Shown here: positions 26,438 to 40,260 of the stretch, piece by piece
Position numbering within the stretch: position 1 is the stretch's first letter
Layout of the letters: each line of letters begins with the position of its first letter
NCBI GenBank assembly: GCA_964016885.1
Contig: OZ024740.1
Coordinates: 198,090,001-198,154,000 of the forward strand
Reading direction: 5' to 3'
Length of the DNA stretch: 64,000 bases
From: Eledone cirrhosa
Lineage: Eukaryota
Program-made: the position numbers and the translations under genes
The notes under the pieces: generated by a model
Told to the model about the DNA's origin: nothing
Seen by the model: the letters and a program-made list of their open reading frames with translations, nothing else
Databases searched by the model: none

Positions 26438-26600
26438 GAAGGCGCATGGCTTAGTGGTTAGAGCATTGGGCTTGCAATCGAAAGGTTGTAAGGTCGATTC
26501 TCGGACTGAGTAATTTGTTGTGTCCTTGAGTAAGACACTTTATTTCACGTTGCTCCAGTTTACTCAGTTACAGAAATGAGTTGCGATCTTGCCAAATCAA
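26438..26600 (+). mobile_element. Second tRNA-derived SINE family (CORE/V-like body)
   Basis: ggcgcatggcttagtggttagagc A-box, B-box-like gtcgattc, gtgtccttgagtaagacacttt; related copies at ~42100-42215 (+) and ~44740-44925 (-). Confidence 0.7.
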
Positions 26601-27059
26601 TGGGGTGGCAGTAGTTCCAGCTGCACGCATCGAAAGACTGGTGTAGTGGTTCTGAGAACAATGCGGTTTGCAGATGATCAATGCAAAATGACAATGGAAA
26701 GGCGATTCCGCTCGAGTTAGAAGGGAACTATTGGCCTTCAGGAGAAGCAGCGATCCCCTGATTGTATTCAGCAACCGAAACAAATATGAAGTACACCAAA
26801 TCCAATGCTTCTACAGGCGGCCTTGGTTCTTATTTGCGAGTGTAAACGCGGCCAGATTAGATTAGATATATACAATGAGATCTGCAGGATAGTCTGGGTC
26901 CACGGACGGTAGTTTGTCGACCGCTCATCTAGAACTAACTCGGTTGTATATATCGCATACATTAACACATCCATGACTCATGAACTTTTCATGTAGGGTT
27001 GTGTATTAGGCATTTTTTTTATCCAAATAGAGTCGTCGAAATTAATCACCGACTTACGT

Positions 27060-27370
27060 TTAAATCCCGCCGAGGTTAACTTTGCCTTTCATCCTTACAG
27101 GGTCGATAAAATAAAGTACCAGTAATGTACTCGGCAATTGCTGGCCTTGTGCCTAAAGTAGAAACAATTATTTGTATAGGTAAGGGCGGTGAATTGGCAG
27201 TATCGGTAGAGGGTCGGACATGCTTTCCAGCATAGTTACGTCCCTTTATGATCTGAGTTCAAATCCCGCCGAGGTTAACTTTGCCTTTCATCCTTACGGG
27301 GTCGATAAAATAAAGTACCAGTAATGTACTGAGTAATTTGCTGGCTTTGTGCCAAAAGTAGAAACAATTA
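27060..27370 (+). mobile_element. Two tandem SINE copies (truncated + full length)
   Basis: Full copy 27184-27370 flanked by duplicated attatttgtataggtaag. Confidence 0.9.
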
Positions 27371-27824
27371 TTTGTATAGGTAAGTATACCTTACGCGTAT
27401 GTTTTGTAGAGGTACGTACACTTTCTCGTTCGTATATATGCTTGTATTTGTTATAGGTGTATATATTGTATATATTGGTATGTGTGTATATGGTTATGTG
27501 TATATGTGTATTTTGTTTTTGTGTGTGTATGAGTGTATGCGTGTTTGCACGTATGTATGTTGAGTTTTTGTGAACATTTAGTGAACATATGTATATTTAC
27601 CTGTAGATATGTGCCTGGGTGCGTTATCTCCGTTTATATAATTATATGTATATATACACACACACACACATATTATATATGTGTAATTGGTCTATACGTT
27701 CGTATGTGTGCGCGTGTTTATGTCTACGTGCATGTATTTGCATGCATGGCATGTGTTTTCGCGTATGCACGTGTATGTACGTATATAGATGTGTGTATGT
27801 ATATATTTAATCATTATTACTTGG

Positions 27825-28010
27825 TGGACTGGCAGTATCGGTAGAGGGTCGGACGCCATGCTTTGGCGCATTGAGTTACGGCTCTTGCCATTCTGAGTTC
27901 AAATCCTGCCGAGGTTAACTTTGCCTTTCATCCTTACGGGGTCGATAAAATAAAGTACCAGTAATGCACTGGATAATTTCTGGCCTTGTGCCAAAAGTAG
28001 AAACAATTAT
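27825..28010 (+). mobile_element. tRNA-derived SINE
   Basis: tggcagtatcggtagagggtcggacgcc...gagttcaaatcc...gtagaaacaattatt. Confidence 0.9.
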
Positions 28011-28344
28011 TACTTTAATAACCTGTGTAATTTTCGTTCTACTAATTTATTTACATCATTCTTAATTCCGAAGCCGTGAATCATTCAGTTACCTAAATAG
28101 AATATTAGTTTATACCATAAACGTGGTTTAGTCTTTGCATGTAATTTTTCTCATCACTCCACATAACGACGTATTTTTTCCGTTGAGTGCCAGGTAACGT
28201 CTTCACGAAACAATTTATCGTCTTCCTGTTTTCTTTCGGTTGCAATGTTTTTCGAAATATTTACTTCTGCGTTCACAGATTAATTTTTTTAGTTTCAGAA
28301 GATCCCGTTAAGGGTGAAAGCAGCGATTCTTTGCTTAAACTTTA

Positions 28345-28943
28345 ATCTGTTATATATATATATGGTATTAGGAATGGTGCTCTGAAATAAGCGATGTATA
28401 GTATATTATGTAATATACCGCATGTTTAATTAAAAACATTTAGAAGACCATTCGCTATCAGTTTTAAAGAGGTGACTATGTCACTTACTTCTTTTCGGCG
28501 AAAGAAGGGAGATAAGCTGAGAGTCTGTTTCACGCTGGATTGCGTTCATCAGAAACACGCACTTCCCTGTTTCCGCCGAAAATTATAGAAGGCGGATTCT
28601 TATAATTCCAATACATTCATGTATACATCGCTATTTCAGAGCACCAATCCTAATACCTAATTTTTGCTGGACCGGCAATCCCTCTGTATAATCAGCTCCT
28701 GATTATTACTGGAATTCTATAAGAATCCAGCTTCTATAATTTTCGGCGGAAGTAGGGAAGTGCGTGGCTCTGATAAACGCAAACCAGCGCGAAACAGACA
28801 GTCAGCTAATATCCCTTCTTTCACCGAAAAGAAGTGACATAGTCACTACTTAAAAAATTGATAGCGTATGGTCTTCTAAATGTTTTTAAGTAAACATACA
28901 GCATACTGTCATATATACTATACATACATTATATATATGCATA

Positions 28944-29033
<90 letters not shown>

Positions 29034-29155
29034 CATATAATATACATATGTGTATTATATATAATGTATTTATAGTATATTTGACAGTATGCTGTATGTT
29101 TACTAAAAAACATTTAGAAGACCATACGCTATCAATTTTTAAGTAGTGTCTATGT
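28345..29155. repeat. Nested inverted-repeat cluster carrying two hammerhead copies (pLTR-like)
   Basis: 28344-28380 inverted at 28621-28657; 28432-28609 inverted at 28711-28887; 28837-28915 inverted at ~29078-29155 across (TA)n. Confidence 0.85.
28765..28808 (+). ncRNA. Type I hammerhead ribozyme (mutated copy; mirror copy at 28514-28557 minus)
   Basis: Consensus of the two copies: TGGCT-CTGATGA-ACGC aatcca GCGT-GAAAC agact GTC|AGCTA. Confidence 0.65.
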
Positions 29156-29396
29156 CTTCCATTCTACTCTACCTTCTCCAATAACTTCCTTTAAGAAATA
29201 CAAGGGTATTTACATTTTAACCATTCTGCTCTGAGGAAATCGTAGTCGCAGCATTTGAAAATTGAGTTTATGCAATCAAATAATTATTACTTATCAATTG
29301 CACATAGCATGAATAGGCTGTATAACTACTGTTGAAACATTTGTAAGCACTCGGAATAAATTACCTTTTTATGATGTCTACCTGTTATTATTCATT

Positions 29397-29517
<121 letters not shown>

Positions 29518-29725
29518 TGTGTGTGTATATAATGGATTTAATGTTAAACTTTGGTTCCCTTCATTTAACGAAGGAAAAGTGGTAAGGAACCAGGTGGACC
29601 ATAACGCACCAAAGTACGCAATACTTAGGGTAGTAGAGTGGGTAATTCTGGATAGAATTTAGATTTTAGTCCAGAATTAGCCGTCGAAACGGCTTGAGCT
29701 CAGCCGTCGGGGTCCTACTCGTTCC

Positions 29726-29812
<87 letters not shown>

Positions 29813-30119
29813 GTGTGTGTATGTATATATATATACATAGTGACTGTGGTGCTGAAACCGGGGAGACCATGGGGAGATGCACAGTGGGTATAGAGATAGG
29901 TAAATTCCCGACCAACTGGTATACTGCTTGGCACTACTGACGTGATTTGACGTCTCTCTCTCTTTAAATATATTTATATATATATATATAATATATATAT
30001 TGAGAGAGAGATAAATAAAGAGAGAACAACTCATGCAGTTCCCACAGTGATATAACACGGACGGTTTATTGGTGTTGTTTACAATATATATATATATATA
30101 TATACACATATATATATAG

Positions 30120-30681
30120 GCTTAACAATGGAATGTGAATAAGAAGAAAGCAACAACGGTGGGAGGGGGGTTTTCCTCGTCAGTTCTCTACTGGGGTTCT
30201 CGGATATTTTAACGCTTTAAAGACAATATATCTTCACCCAGAGCGTTCAATAAGTGGGTAAGGTATTAGGAAAACGGAGGAGGAAGAAAAGGAAAATAGA
30301 AGGGAAGAGGGAAACAGGGAACAAAAGAGAAAACAGCGAAAAAAAACAATAAATCGAGAAATGTGCAAGCAACTTAAGGTAAGAAAATCCAAGACCACAG
30401 CGGTAACAGAACTTAAGTTCGAGAGCGTATGGGCGTACGAAATGACACGACTAACCCCAGCGAGTGTGAGAAAAGGACTGCTAGAATGTCAGGCGAGAGA
30501 AACAATGCGGTGGCTCACAGAGAGAGGGTGAGTAAAAGTGAGAGGGAGAAAGGGAGAGGAAGTAAGAGAGGGACGAGTAGATAGTAACGAAATAGGTAGG
30601 TAGAGGGAAAGAGAAGACTGGTCACAGCGAAACATGATAAAATATATGGAAAATAGGATGGTTGTGCAGTTGCTATTTAAG

Positions 30682-30685
<4 letters not shown>
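30120..30685 (-). repeat. (TA)n-flanked pLTR-like repeat, family C
   Basis: Same architecture as families A/B (CT-rich tracts on the sense strand, ...gaacttaa module, conserved structured motif at 30170-30242). Confidence 0.55.
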
Positions 30686-30739
<54 letters not shown>

Positions 30740-30972
30740 ATAGATATATATATACTAGCTGGCCCTTCTGACTATGTATACCTGCCCCCACCAGTGCACT
30801 GCAAATATACCACACACCCTCCCATGTCACATTGTCCTACCGACTATCTCTCTCTGAATAACTTAAACTTTGATTCTCTCTCTCTCTGTCTAACGGCCTA
30901 TCATCTCTCTTTCTCCTCCCTCTGTCTTTCTGTCTCTCGCTGTAGATGTGTGTGTGTAGTTTACCTAATCTA

Positions 30973-31003
<31 letters not shown>

Positions 31004-31664
31004 TGAAGGGAGATACGGAAACTAAAACAGTGTAGTCATATAGCGTCAGAGAGAGTAACACAGTTAAATTATAGAGAGGGGAATGATCTTACATACATAC
31101 ATGCATACATACATACATATAAAGTATAAATATGTGTATGTGTGTGTTTGTGTTTGTGTATGTGTGTCTTTCCATGTGTGTATGTGTGTTTTGTTTTGAT
31201 GTTATCCGGCACTTGGCGAAATCAGGTGTGAAAGTATGTGTGCGCGCGTGTGTGTGTGTGTGTGTTAGTTATGTGAGCGACGACAGAAAAAGTGTGTGGG
31301 ATACATAGATTATTATATCTGTCTGCATTTTCGTTCTGCAACCATTATATTATGATATTTGTATCCAAATGATTTTAGATGTATGTATTACCTGCTTGCC
31401 CGTCCCTCTGTTTCTCTTTACCCGTCTCTCTCTCTCTCCTCTCTCCTCTCTCTCTTCAGATGTGTGTGTGTGTGTAGTTTTCCTAATCTGTCTCTTTCAC
31501 TCTCTGTCTCTCTAAGAGGGTTGCCTTTTGATGTATGTATTACCTGTTTGTGTGTTGACCGAATTTGAAGGAGGTTATCCTTTTGAAATAAACATACATA
31601 CGACGCTCATCTTTATGTTGATATATGATATAAATAATGGGATTGATGAGTTAATATCTGCATC

Positions 31665-31925
31665 CAATAACTACAACGGTACTCGATGGGGCCGACACAC
31701 AGCCCGGTGGACAGAATGGAGAAGGCGTTTCCACGGAGGACGGCAAGGGAGACGCGCTGGAAAAGCCACTCCAACTCTGGGGATCACACCTGCGGCTGGC
31801 CAGCTCAGTGCCTATGGGGCCGAGGACACCAGAAGTCTCCACTGCCCGGGGTACGACCGCAAACCTGCGAAGACCGGTATTTGAGGAGTTTTGGCCACCC
31901 TCAGCCCGACGTGCAGCAGAACCTG
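31665..31925 (-). mobile_element. 3' fragment of CRE-type RLE element
   Basis: Reverse-complement homology to 52415-52705 (ccagcgcgtctcccttgccgtcctccgtggaaacgccttctccattctgtcc). Confidence 0.8.
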
Positions 31926-32238
31926 GGTATATATAGAAATATTGAAGGTAGATACAGAAAGTAAAAGAGTGTTGTCATACAGAGAGTGAAGAGAGACAGA
32001 GAGTAAAGTAGTTAAATTATAGAGAGGGTGAAAGAGGGAGAGAGAGGGAGACGACGCTCAGCTTTATAATATTAGAGAGTGAAGAGGGACAGCGAGAGTA
32101 AAGCAGTTAACTTATAGAGAGGGGAAATGATCTATTATAGAGAGAGGTAAGAGCGACGGAGAGAGTAACGCTAAGAAACTATAGGGAGGTGTGTAGGATA
32201 CATACATACATACATAATACACATGACACTCAGCTTTA

Positions 32239-32297
<59 letters not shown>

Positions 32298-32763
32298 CGA
32301 TGCCATCGAAAACTTCAGATGGTACCGTCGCGTCTCCAGCGGTGAGCTGCGTGCGCGCACGCATTAGCCTGCAGTCTCCAGAATAGACTCTGTTAAAGAT
32401 ACCCAATGGCCAAAGCGTGATGTTAAACGAGGTACCTGTTCAAGTCTAACCCCCAAAAGTGTTCAGTCAATATATACAGAAAATATTTCAAGAATGACAT
32501 ATAATTCTCAGGTTTTTAGTTACAAATTATATCTAAAAACTGTCGACTTATTTACTTAATAAAATTAAGTTCAACTCTTCAATCACTGTATATAAACATC
32601 GACGATGTTTTACTTGATTAATCACAGAAACTATTCCTGTTTTTTTCTGAATTTACTTGAAACGTATTTTATTCCTCTCAATGTTGGGCGGTACGCTTTG
32701 TCCTTGAACAAAACATTTTATATCATAGACTACAATCGACTGAGTAGGTAAATGATGAATTGT

Positions 32764-32957
32764 TAGACCTGTCAACACTCCCCGCCCGACGGGGGATCTT
32801 CCACTCACATTGGAATGGGTGAGAGATGTCTTTTCTCGTAAAAATTGGTATAGCTTTCATTATGTAAAATCTCCCCATTTAGCCCTATTTCTCCCCGTTT
32901 TGGGGTACTTTTTTTCATGGTACTCCTCGTTTGGTTTATTAGAGGTTGGCAGGTCTG
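32764..32957. mobile_element. MITE with ~15-bp terminal inverted repeats
   Basis: tagacctgtcaacact ... aggttggcaggtctg. Confidence 0.6.
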
Positions 32958-34264
32958 AATTACACTTGTAATGTCTGACTCCGAATCTCATTGAGAATTA
33001 CAATAAGTGTACACGTATCTTTGAAATATTCAGCGACGTGATAACAAACTACTATAACACTCTCCGCTAGAACCGACGGTGCTCTGACAACAATTATTTA
33101 TATATAATTATCTACAATAGATAAAACATTTTTCCACCCTGTCTGTTAATTAAGAGTTGTATACTGTGTGTATCCAGTTAAGAATAAATACACTATATCC
33201 TTACATGTCGTATGGGGCGACAAAAAGGGTTTGCCAGGAAAGCATCCCGCTCTAAAATATTGCACTGAAAAGGATCCCTTGATATGAAAAACGAGGTAGG
33301 GGTAGAGGCTATGACTTGCTTGAGTAGGGAAACCTGCGTTGAAACGCTTCCTGCATGTTACGTTCTATTAAACTTTCTATAAATCGTTCTATCTCGATTC
33401 TATCGACGTTAGTTCGATTCCTGTCGGCGCGTTCTTTTCGTAAGCAGGAACATTTATTTCATGTCACTCCAGTCCACTAAGCTAATAAAAATGAATTATA
33501 CCTATTTAGTTCAAAAGTCCCAGCCTTGTTACACTCTCTGTCACTCTGAAACTCACTGAGAACAACCTTAATGGTGCACGTGCCAATAGAATGCTCAGCC
33601 ACTTACACGTTAATTTCATGAGTAGACTGTTCCCTTGAGCAAATCAACTGGATAACTCGTCGTTAGAAGCGAAGGAAGTGCAACAGAACATCATGAACGT
33701 ATACACTACTTCACTGAAGATTCTAAATAATTATTCATTCAGGTTTTTTTCAAAATTATTATCGATAAAGATTTGGTAATCAGGTTTCTTAGAGAAGATA
33801 TTAGTTGCCAAAACGATTGTCATAAGTGATAGATTGCTGATAGGTAGCTTTAAGTAGACTCCCGTTATGTCAAGATTGTTTAAACTGGGTAAATACCTTC
33901 AGAAATGAAGCATAAAGGTTGTACAATTATTAATTTCTAACTACTTGGCGTCCTCGTCATTCTTAGCAAAGCACGATGAATGATCAATAGTCAGGGAAGG
34001 TAAATCAACATAGCGAACTATTCTGCGTAAAATGCATTTCTTATGCTGTGTACATCCCGCTACAACATTGATATAGCAGGCGCATGGGTGGATGTGTGGT
34101 TAAGGAGTTCGCGTCGCAACCGCATGTTCTTGGATTCAGAGATACTGAGCCGCATTTTGAGAAAGTTTCCTCTACTATAGCTCCGGACAGACAAACACAC
34201 GTCGTTAAATTCCCTCTCTCTTTCACTCTTTACACAGATACACACGCACACACGCGAGCACACA

Positions 34265-34418
<154 letters not shown>

Positions 34419-35610
34419 CGTTGTGTCTCAGAATAGAAATAGGATTGGGGACACGAAAAAGATTTCAAATTCAAACTACAAACTACAGGTTTTCTCTCTT
34501 TCTCTTGAGTCTAACGTACTTTCCCATCCTTCTCCGTTACGCCTCCATGAACTCCTGGATTCTCCGCAGCTTCCTCGTCACGGCCCTCTTGATGACTTCC
34601 ACGTCCGGAAAATGGGTCACCTTGATGAGCCCCTTGATCTTGGGGAAAAGGGAAATATCACACAGAGCCAGGAACTGCCGGATTCTCAGGGCGTTGCGAT
34701 CCCGCGCATTGTCATGGTGAGGCATCCATGAGTTGCCTGCTACAGCTCTAGCTTCTCGCACACTGAACGAAGTACATTCAACAGTATTTCTTTGTAGTTG
34801 GTTGCGCGTCTGATCCTGTGGCAAGAACTCTATGTGGATGATGTTCCTCACATCAAAGAAAGCAATCACCATCAACATGAGTTTGGCTTTGAACTTCGAC
34901 TGTCTTGCTTTCCTGGCCTCGGTAACTCAGGAGTCATCCGTTGTAGGTTCTGGCGCTTGGTCTCCGGCTTCTGATTCTCTCCAGCTAGTCTGGCTCGGTT
35001 TCAGGACGCTTGAGGATGTCCTGACATATCTGTATGCACCGCTCCTTCTGATCATCGTTCAGCAGCTTCGGTACCATCTTCGCGCTGATCTTTTTTATAC
35101 CCAAATCTTCAGTGATAATCTTATGAAGGCTGTCGGGGTTCAGGCCCAGCTAACATGTAAACAGTCGATCAGACAGACGACGATCGCCAAGCTCCAGATG
35201 CCAGACACGTTTAACGTTAGCCTCAGTCCTGCTCGTTGAAGGCCTTCCACTCCTAGAGTCGTCTTCTACACCCTCGCGCCCTCTCTGACACTTTTGTGTC
35301 AGTCGTTAACCCGTGAGCGAAACATAGTCTCATCTTCGTACACTCTCTTCATTATTCCGAGTGCTTCTAACGGTATTTTCTCCAGCCACACCAGAAACTT
35401 TAGGCTGGTTTGTTGCTCTGTGCCCATCGCTTGACGGCCTAAAATTGAGGAACTGTTAACAAAAGCACGTAATACAATGGCTACAGAGAGCTGAGATCGC
35501 AGTTATATATTCCCCAATATTACGTCACACAATGACGCCACCCGCTAATCCTTACTCCACTTTTAGCTCACACAACACACTAAGTTCTGTTACTTTTCTG
35601 ACATAGCTCG
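34419..35610 (-). mobile_element. Degenerate mariner (Tc1/mariner) transposon
   Basis: TA-flanked imperfect TIRs (cgttgtgtctcagaatagaaatagg / cgagctatgtcagaaaagtaacag). Transposase relics: MGTEQQTSLKFLV from 35427, MVIAFFDVRNIIHIEFLPQDQT, WMPHHDNA, LFPKIKGLIK. Confidence 0.88.
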
Positions 35611-36564
35611 TATATGTATTCTTACTACCAGTTGGTGAGTAACATATATTATTATAGGAGACATTTGTTTAAGGACTCTATGCTTCTGGATGTTCAGTGC
35701 TAAAAATATGTGTTAACTGCGAGGCTACGAACTTGAGATTTACGGAGTACATGTTACACGTGATTACGAATAAAATCTATTAAATTGAAACTTTGTTCTC
35801 TCATTCTTAATATATATACAGGGGAGTAGAAAGGGCGTCAGATAGATAATCGCCGATATATTATTTCCGAATTTTGATAACGGTCGTGATATTTCCCACA
35901 CTCATAGCAATATACTCTAAGGAAAATTCGATAATAAGATGAATTGTTTAATTGCCTATTGACCCATATAACAAGCTGATGATTTTGAAATTGTATTATG
36001 TTGAAATTTTAGGCATCGTTCGCAATTGAAACTATTTGAATATCTATCATATGTTTAGAGCTCTTCACGTAAAGCTAATTTCCGGCAACGTTTATGGAAG
36101 TCTTTTAATATTTTAATGATGAATTCGAACAATATTGTCAGAAGAAACTCTCACAATTAATCTTAATAAACACCTGTAAAATTCCAGAATGAATTAACAA
36201 TGTACACTTGACAATTAATTTGCTTATGCGCTCTTGTTCTCAATCTCATAGTCGTTATCATTAACACTGTCAGCATTGTTACTATTGTGAGGGTTATTAT
36301 GTTATCTGTATTTGACAGCTATTGATGTATGCTATGATGAGTGGAAATTATTATTGTTTATTGTGTTGATTTGAGGGAGTATTGTGTATTGAATACGATA
36401 TGAAATTCTGCTGTTTGTGTGCGTGTCAGAAGCAACACGTAACGGGATGTGAAGATTAAGGATGTAAGTTTGTGAACGTTTAATTACAAGTTGGTAATGT
36501 GATGACGACATCGCACTGGGAACTATTGTGGCGTACTAATTTCTCTATATATTTTGCTTGCACG

Positions 36565-36772
36565 TAGGGCGGTCGATTGGCAGTATCGGATGCCTTGCTT
36601 TGCAGCATACAGTTACGGCCCTTTATGATCTGAGTTGAAATCCCGCCGAGATTAACTTTACCTTTTATCCTTACGGGGTCGATAAAATAAAGTACCATTC
36701 ACGCAGTGGGGTCAATTTAATCGACTTCCTCCTCCCCCCAAAATGCTGGCCTGGTGCCTATATAAGAAACCA
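36565..36772 (+). mobile_element. Older SINE copy
   Basis: gggcggtcgattggcagtatcgg...gagttgaaatcccgccgag...ggggtcgataaaataaagtacc. Confidence 0.85.
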
Positions 36773-37893
36773 TATTTTGTTTGCATGTGATACTATAAAG
36801 GCTAAATAGGGTACGATTTTCCTTTATAAATCACGAAGAAATTAATCTAAAACTTAAATATGTGCACCCGTTCTGTATAAAGTCCATCAATTGCATTACA
36901 ATCATTCATAATATATTTCAATGTTAGATTACAAAGACGAACTTTGACAATAGTTAACTAAATCTATTTTTACACATTTTGTTTTGATTTTTCTGATTCA
37001 CGCAAACTAGAAATGAAATAATATATATATTGTTTCCATATTAATTATAATGTGTTTTATGAAACATGGATGAGAGCATCGAGGTTGACTCGGTTGAATG
37101 GGCCTACCCTTACTAAGCAGGACAGAAAATGGAGGGCGGTTTTCTGTATTGTGTTCGTTACGTTTTATCCTTTCTAGGTCGATAAATGAAGTACCATTTA
37201 AACACTGTGGTGGATTCCACCTTTATATCTCTTTCTCATCAGCTCTATGTTCCTCTGTAAGAAATCAGCTATTTTTAGATCTGATTAGGTCTTGGCTCCA
37301 ACAGGTTTAAGTGTCCAAGACGGTGTTCCTACAAATTCAAACCAATGGATGAATATATTCGAATATAATATAAATGAGTATACTCTTCACTATATATTGT
37401 AGAGAACTCTATAAATTTTAATCTATATAACCGAATGTATGTGGTGTATCGCATGTAATCCAATTCTATTCAAATCTATGATATCATATAGTAATCATCA
37501 TTACACAACCCATTACAGTTTAACTGTTACATACCATACAGCGTATATTAGCATATCTTAACTCTGTAATGCGAGAAACTAATCCGGGTTTTGTGCAGGG
37601 TTCTGCCTGGAAATACCCCAAAGCGCAGCCCCATTTATTGGGGAATTGTTCCTAGTTGAGGCTTGTTAGCATTTGTATTACTATACTAATCATATTGAAC
37701 TCTTCAATTTAACCTATGTAAACCACATTCTGTTTTGGTTTTTGTCCTTATAGTGTCCCCAATAGCATGCCATGCTAAAAGACACGACCTTTCACTGGGC
37801 TTGGAAATGGAACCCACGACAATCTTGTGATCGTATACTGATGACCACAACCCTTACCCCACATCTACCAACTAGAAATGGAAATATACTTAC

Positions 37894-38003
37894 CTATCTA
37901 CGCTGATAGCAGTAAGGTTTAATATAGAAGCTGTACAAGACATAACATCAATTGCCACCCATGCATCACAAAGTTGGTCACTCAACGTCCATTTTTCTAC
38001 AAC
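37894..38003 (-). CDS. Internal coding exon (110 bp) of a D2-like dopamine / biogenic amine GPCR (ECL1-TM3)
   Basis: Minus strand reads ttcttattattttcttcag|GTT GTA GAA AAA TGG...GTA GAT AG|gtaagt, i.e. canonical acceptor and donor. Translation [36 protein letters not shown](R) has the aminergic TM3 Asp, CTASILNL and the start of DRY. Length and phases (0/2) match my recollection of the corresponding vertebrate DRD2 exon. Not in the ORF track. Confidence 0.93.
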
Positions 38004-38617
38004 CTGAAGAAAATAATAGAAATTGAATATATCGTTAATACTCAAGAAAATAATTACATACATAAGAAGAAAGAACCCACCTTTTTGTATAGAAATTATT
38101 CATACAAAGCATGAAATTTGAAACATAAAAAAGTGCACTCAGTTCAAACAACATTTTACACCAAATACTGGGTGCACTCTCCCCGTTTTATTTAAACGAC
38201 GTAATATTTGAATGAAGGCGACGAATTGGCAGACTCAATAGAACGTCAGATAGAAAGCTTTACTGTATTCGTTCCGGTTATCTTTTGTCGTGGTCAATAT
38301 TCATTGAACAGTCATCCTTTGAAGATTCAACAGATACAATAAGTATGGTGAACTCCCATTCAATATTGCCTGATCATGTATTATATTCCATTTATTATAT
38401 CACAGATAAGGACAGAAAATGTTATTAGATTTAGCTTTGTTTATTCTTATTCTAAACAGAACGTTATTGATTGTTGTTAATATTTCATCATCGTAGAGAT
38501 AATACGTAGTAACAATGCGATCCATTATACTTTCTTTTCAATGTTTGTTTAGAGTGCGTTATTAGAGATTACCAGTGTGTTATTAGAGATTATCATTATC
38601 ATAATAGCCCGCTTATT

Positions 38618-38765
38618 GCAGCGAATCGGCAGAGTCATTAGAACATCGGATAGAATGGTTTGCAGTATTCGTTTCGGCTCTCTGCCCTCTGAGTTCAAAT
38701 CCGGCCGAGGTCAACTTTGCCTTTCATCCATTCGAGGTCGATAAAAAAAGTACCAATCTAGTACT
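38618..38765 (+). mobile_element. Older SINE copy
   Basis: tcggcagagtcattagaacatcgg...gagttcaaatccggccgaggtcaactttgcctttcatcc. Confidence 0.8.
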
Positions 38766-39839
38766 AGTAACGATTCTTGCCCTAAATCTCTTCCTCGTTT
38801 CCTCTCTCTCTCACATTCTATCCTCCTCTGGAAGAAATCTGTTGTATTCACATCTGGAGAGGAGATGGGCTCCGCCAGGTTTAAAAATAGCCTAGAGGCG
38901 TCTCATGTCAATACGGCTTCCCTACGACTCCATCAACGGTTACGGGAGCATGCATGCTTCCAAAGCCCCGCCTTCTCATCGTTTGAATTATTATTCTCAG
39001 TTATTATCTACATTCTTCAAGTTCAATATCAGGTCTAATGCAATCCATAATTAAATATCCTAAGCCCTTCAATGGTGGTTTGTAGGATAGAGTAGGTATT
39101 GAACTAAGTATAATAAGAGCTAGAACAAATACTGCAAGGCATCTCATCCGTTATCTTAACAATTGCGCTAGTGCCCCGCCACCCACCCCCAAACCGGTAC
39201 TTTGTTTATCGATCCAAAACGACCATAGGTTGGAAGGCAAAGTTAGCTTCATCGGACTTTGAACTCAGAACATAAAGAGAAGAAATAAACACTGAAAGGA
39301 TTTTCGTCTGACGTTTTAACGCTTCTACAAACATATTAACATATATGAAAGACAAGGAAAGTTTTTGTTCAGTTATTATTATATTAAGGAATATATTTGT
39401 TCTGTCTATTAACCAGAACTTCAAAGATGAAACAGTTTCAGAATATTTACACCTACACCACGTTTCGATTGGTTTCATCATCAATCGCCGTGATCAAACA
39501 GATCGAACAGTTGAAAAGATGTAAATATTCCAAACACATTTAATATCTAAACATTGATATGATTATATAATTTTTCGGAGGTTAAGACTCGGAAAAATGA
39601 TAACGATATTAACTATAATTCGAATCAGATATATAGGCATATATTTATTTATATAAAAATAAATAAGAAGTATTTAAATCTGAAATAAATCTACAATATA
39701 CCGTCACATACAATAACTTACACTGTTATATTTATTTATTTGATACTGAGAGTATTCGGTTCAAAATAGGCACATTGTATCACTGCCTATCGTCAGCGTT
39801 GGCAACATTCCATTTATCAAGGAAAATGCCCTCACGACG

Positions 39840-40085
39840 TTCGTTCATCGCCGTCGTCGTCGCCGTTGCAGCCGCCACCAGCGCCGCCACCAACGTCGTC
39901 GTCATTGTTGTTGTTGTTGTTGTTGTTTTTGTTGTTGGTGTTGGTGTTGGTGGGGGTGTTGTTGTTGGTGGTGTTGTTGGTGGTGTTGGTGGTGGTGTTG
40001 GTGGTGTTTTTGGTGGTGGTGTTTTTTTTTGTTGTTGTTGTTATTGGTGGCGGTGGCTGTGTCGTTGGTGGTGGAGGTGGTGGTG

Positions 40086-40116
<31 letters not shown>

Positions 40117-40220
40117 CGGTGATGTTGGTGCTGGTGGTGTTGTTGTTGTTGTTGTTGTTATTGTTGTTGGTGGTGGTGTTGGTGTTGGTGGTGTTGTTGT
40201 TGTTGGTGGTGTTGGTGTTG

Positions 40221-40252
<32 letters not shown>

Positions 40253-40260
40253 GTTCGTTG
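39840..40260. repeat. (GTT/GGT)n low-complexity trinucleotide tract
   Basis: Directly visible mixed GTC/GTT/GGT repeats. Confidence 0.95.

Noticed and set aside
26438-26510. tRNA genes
   Set aside because: A/B-box sequences are SINE heads that run on into SINE bodies; no full cloverleaf.
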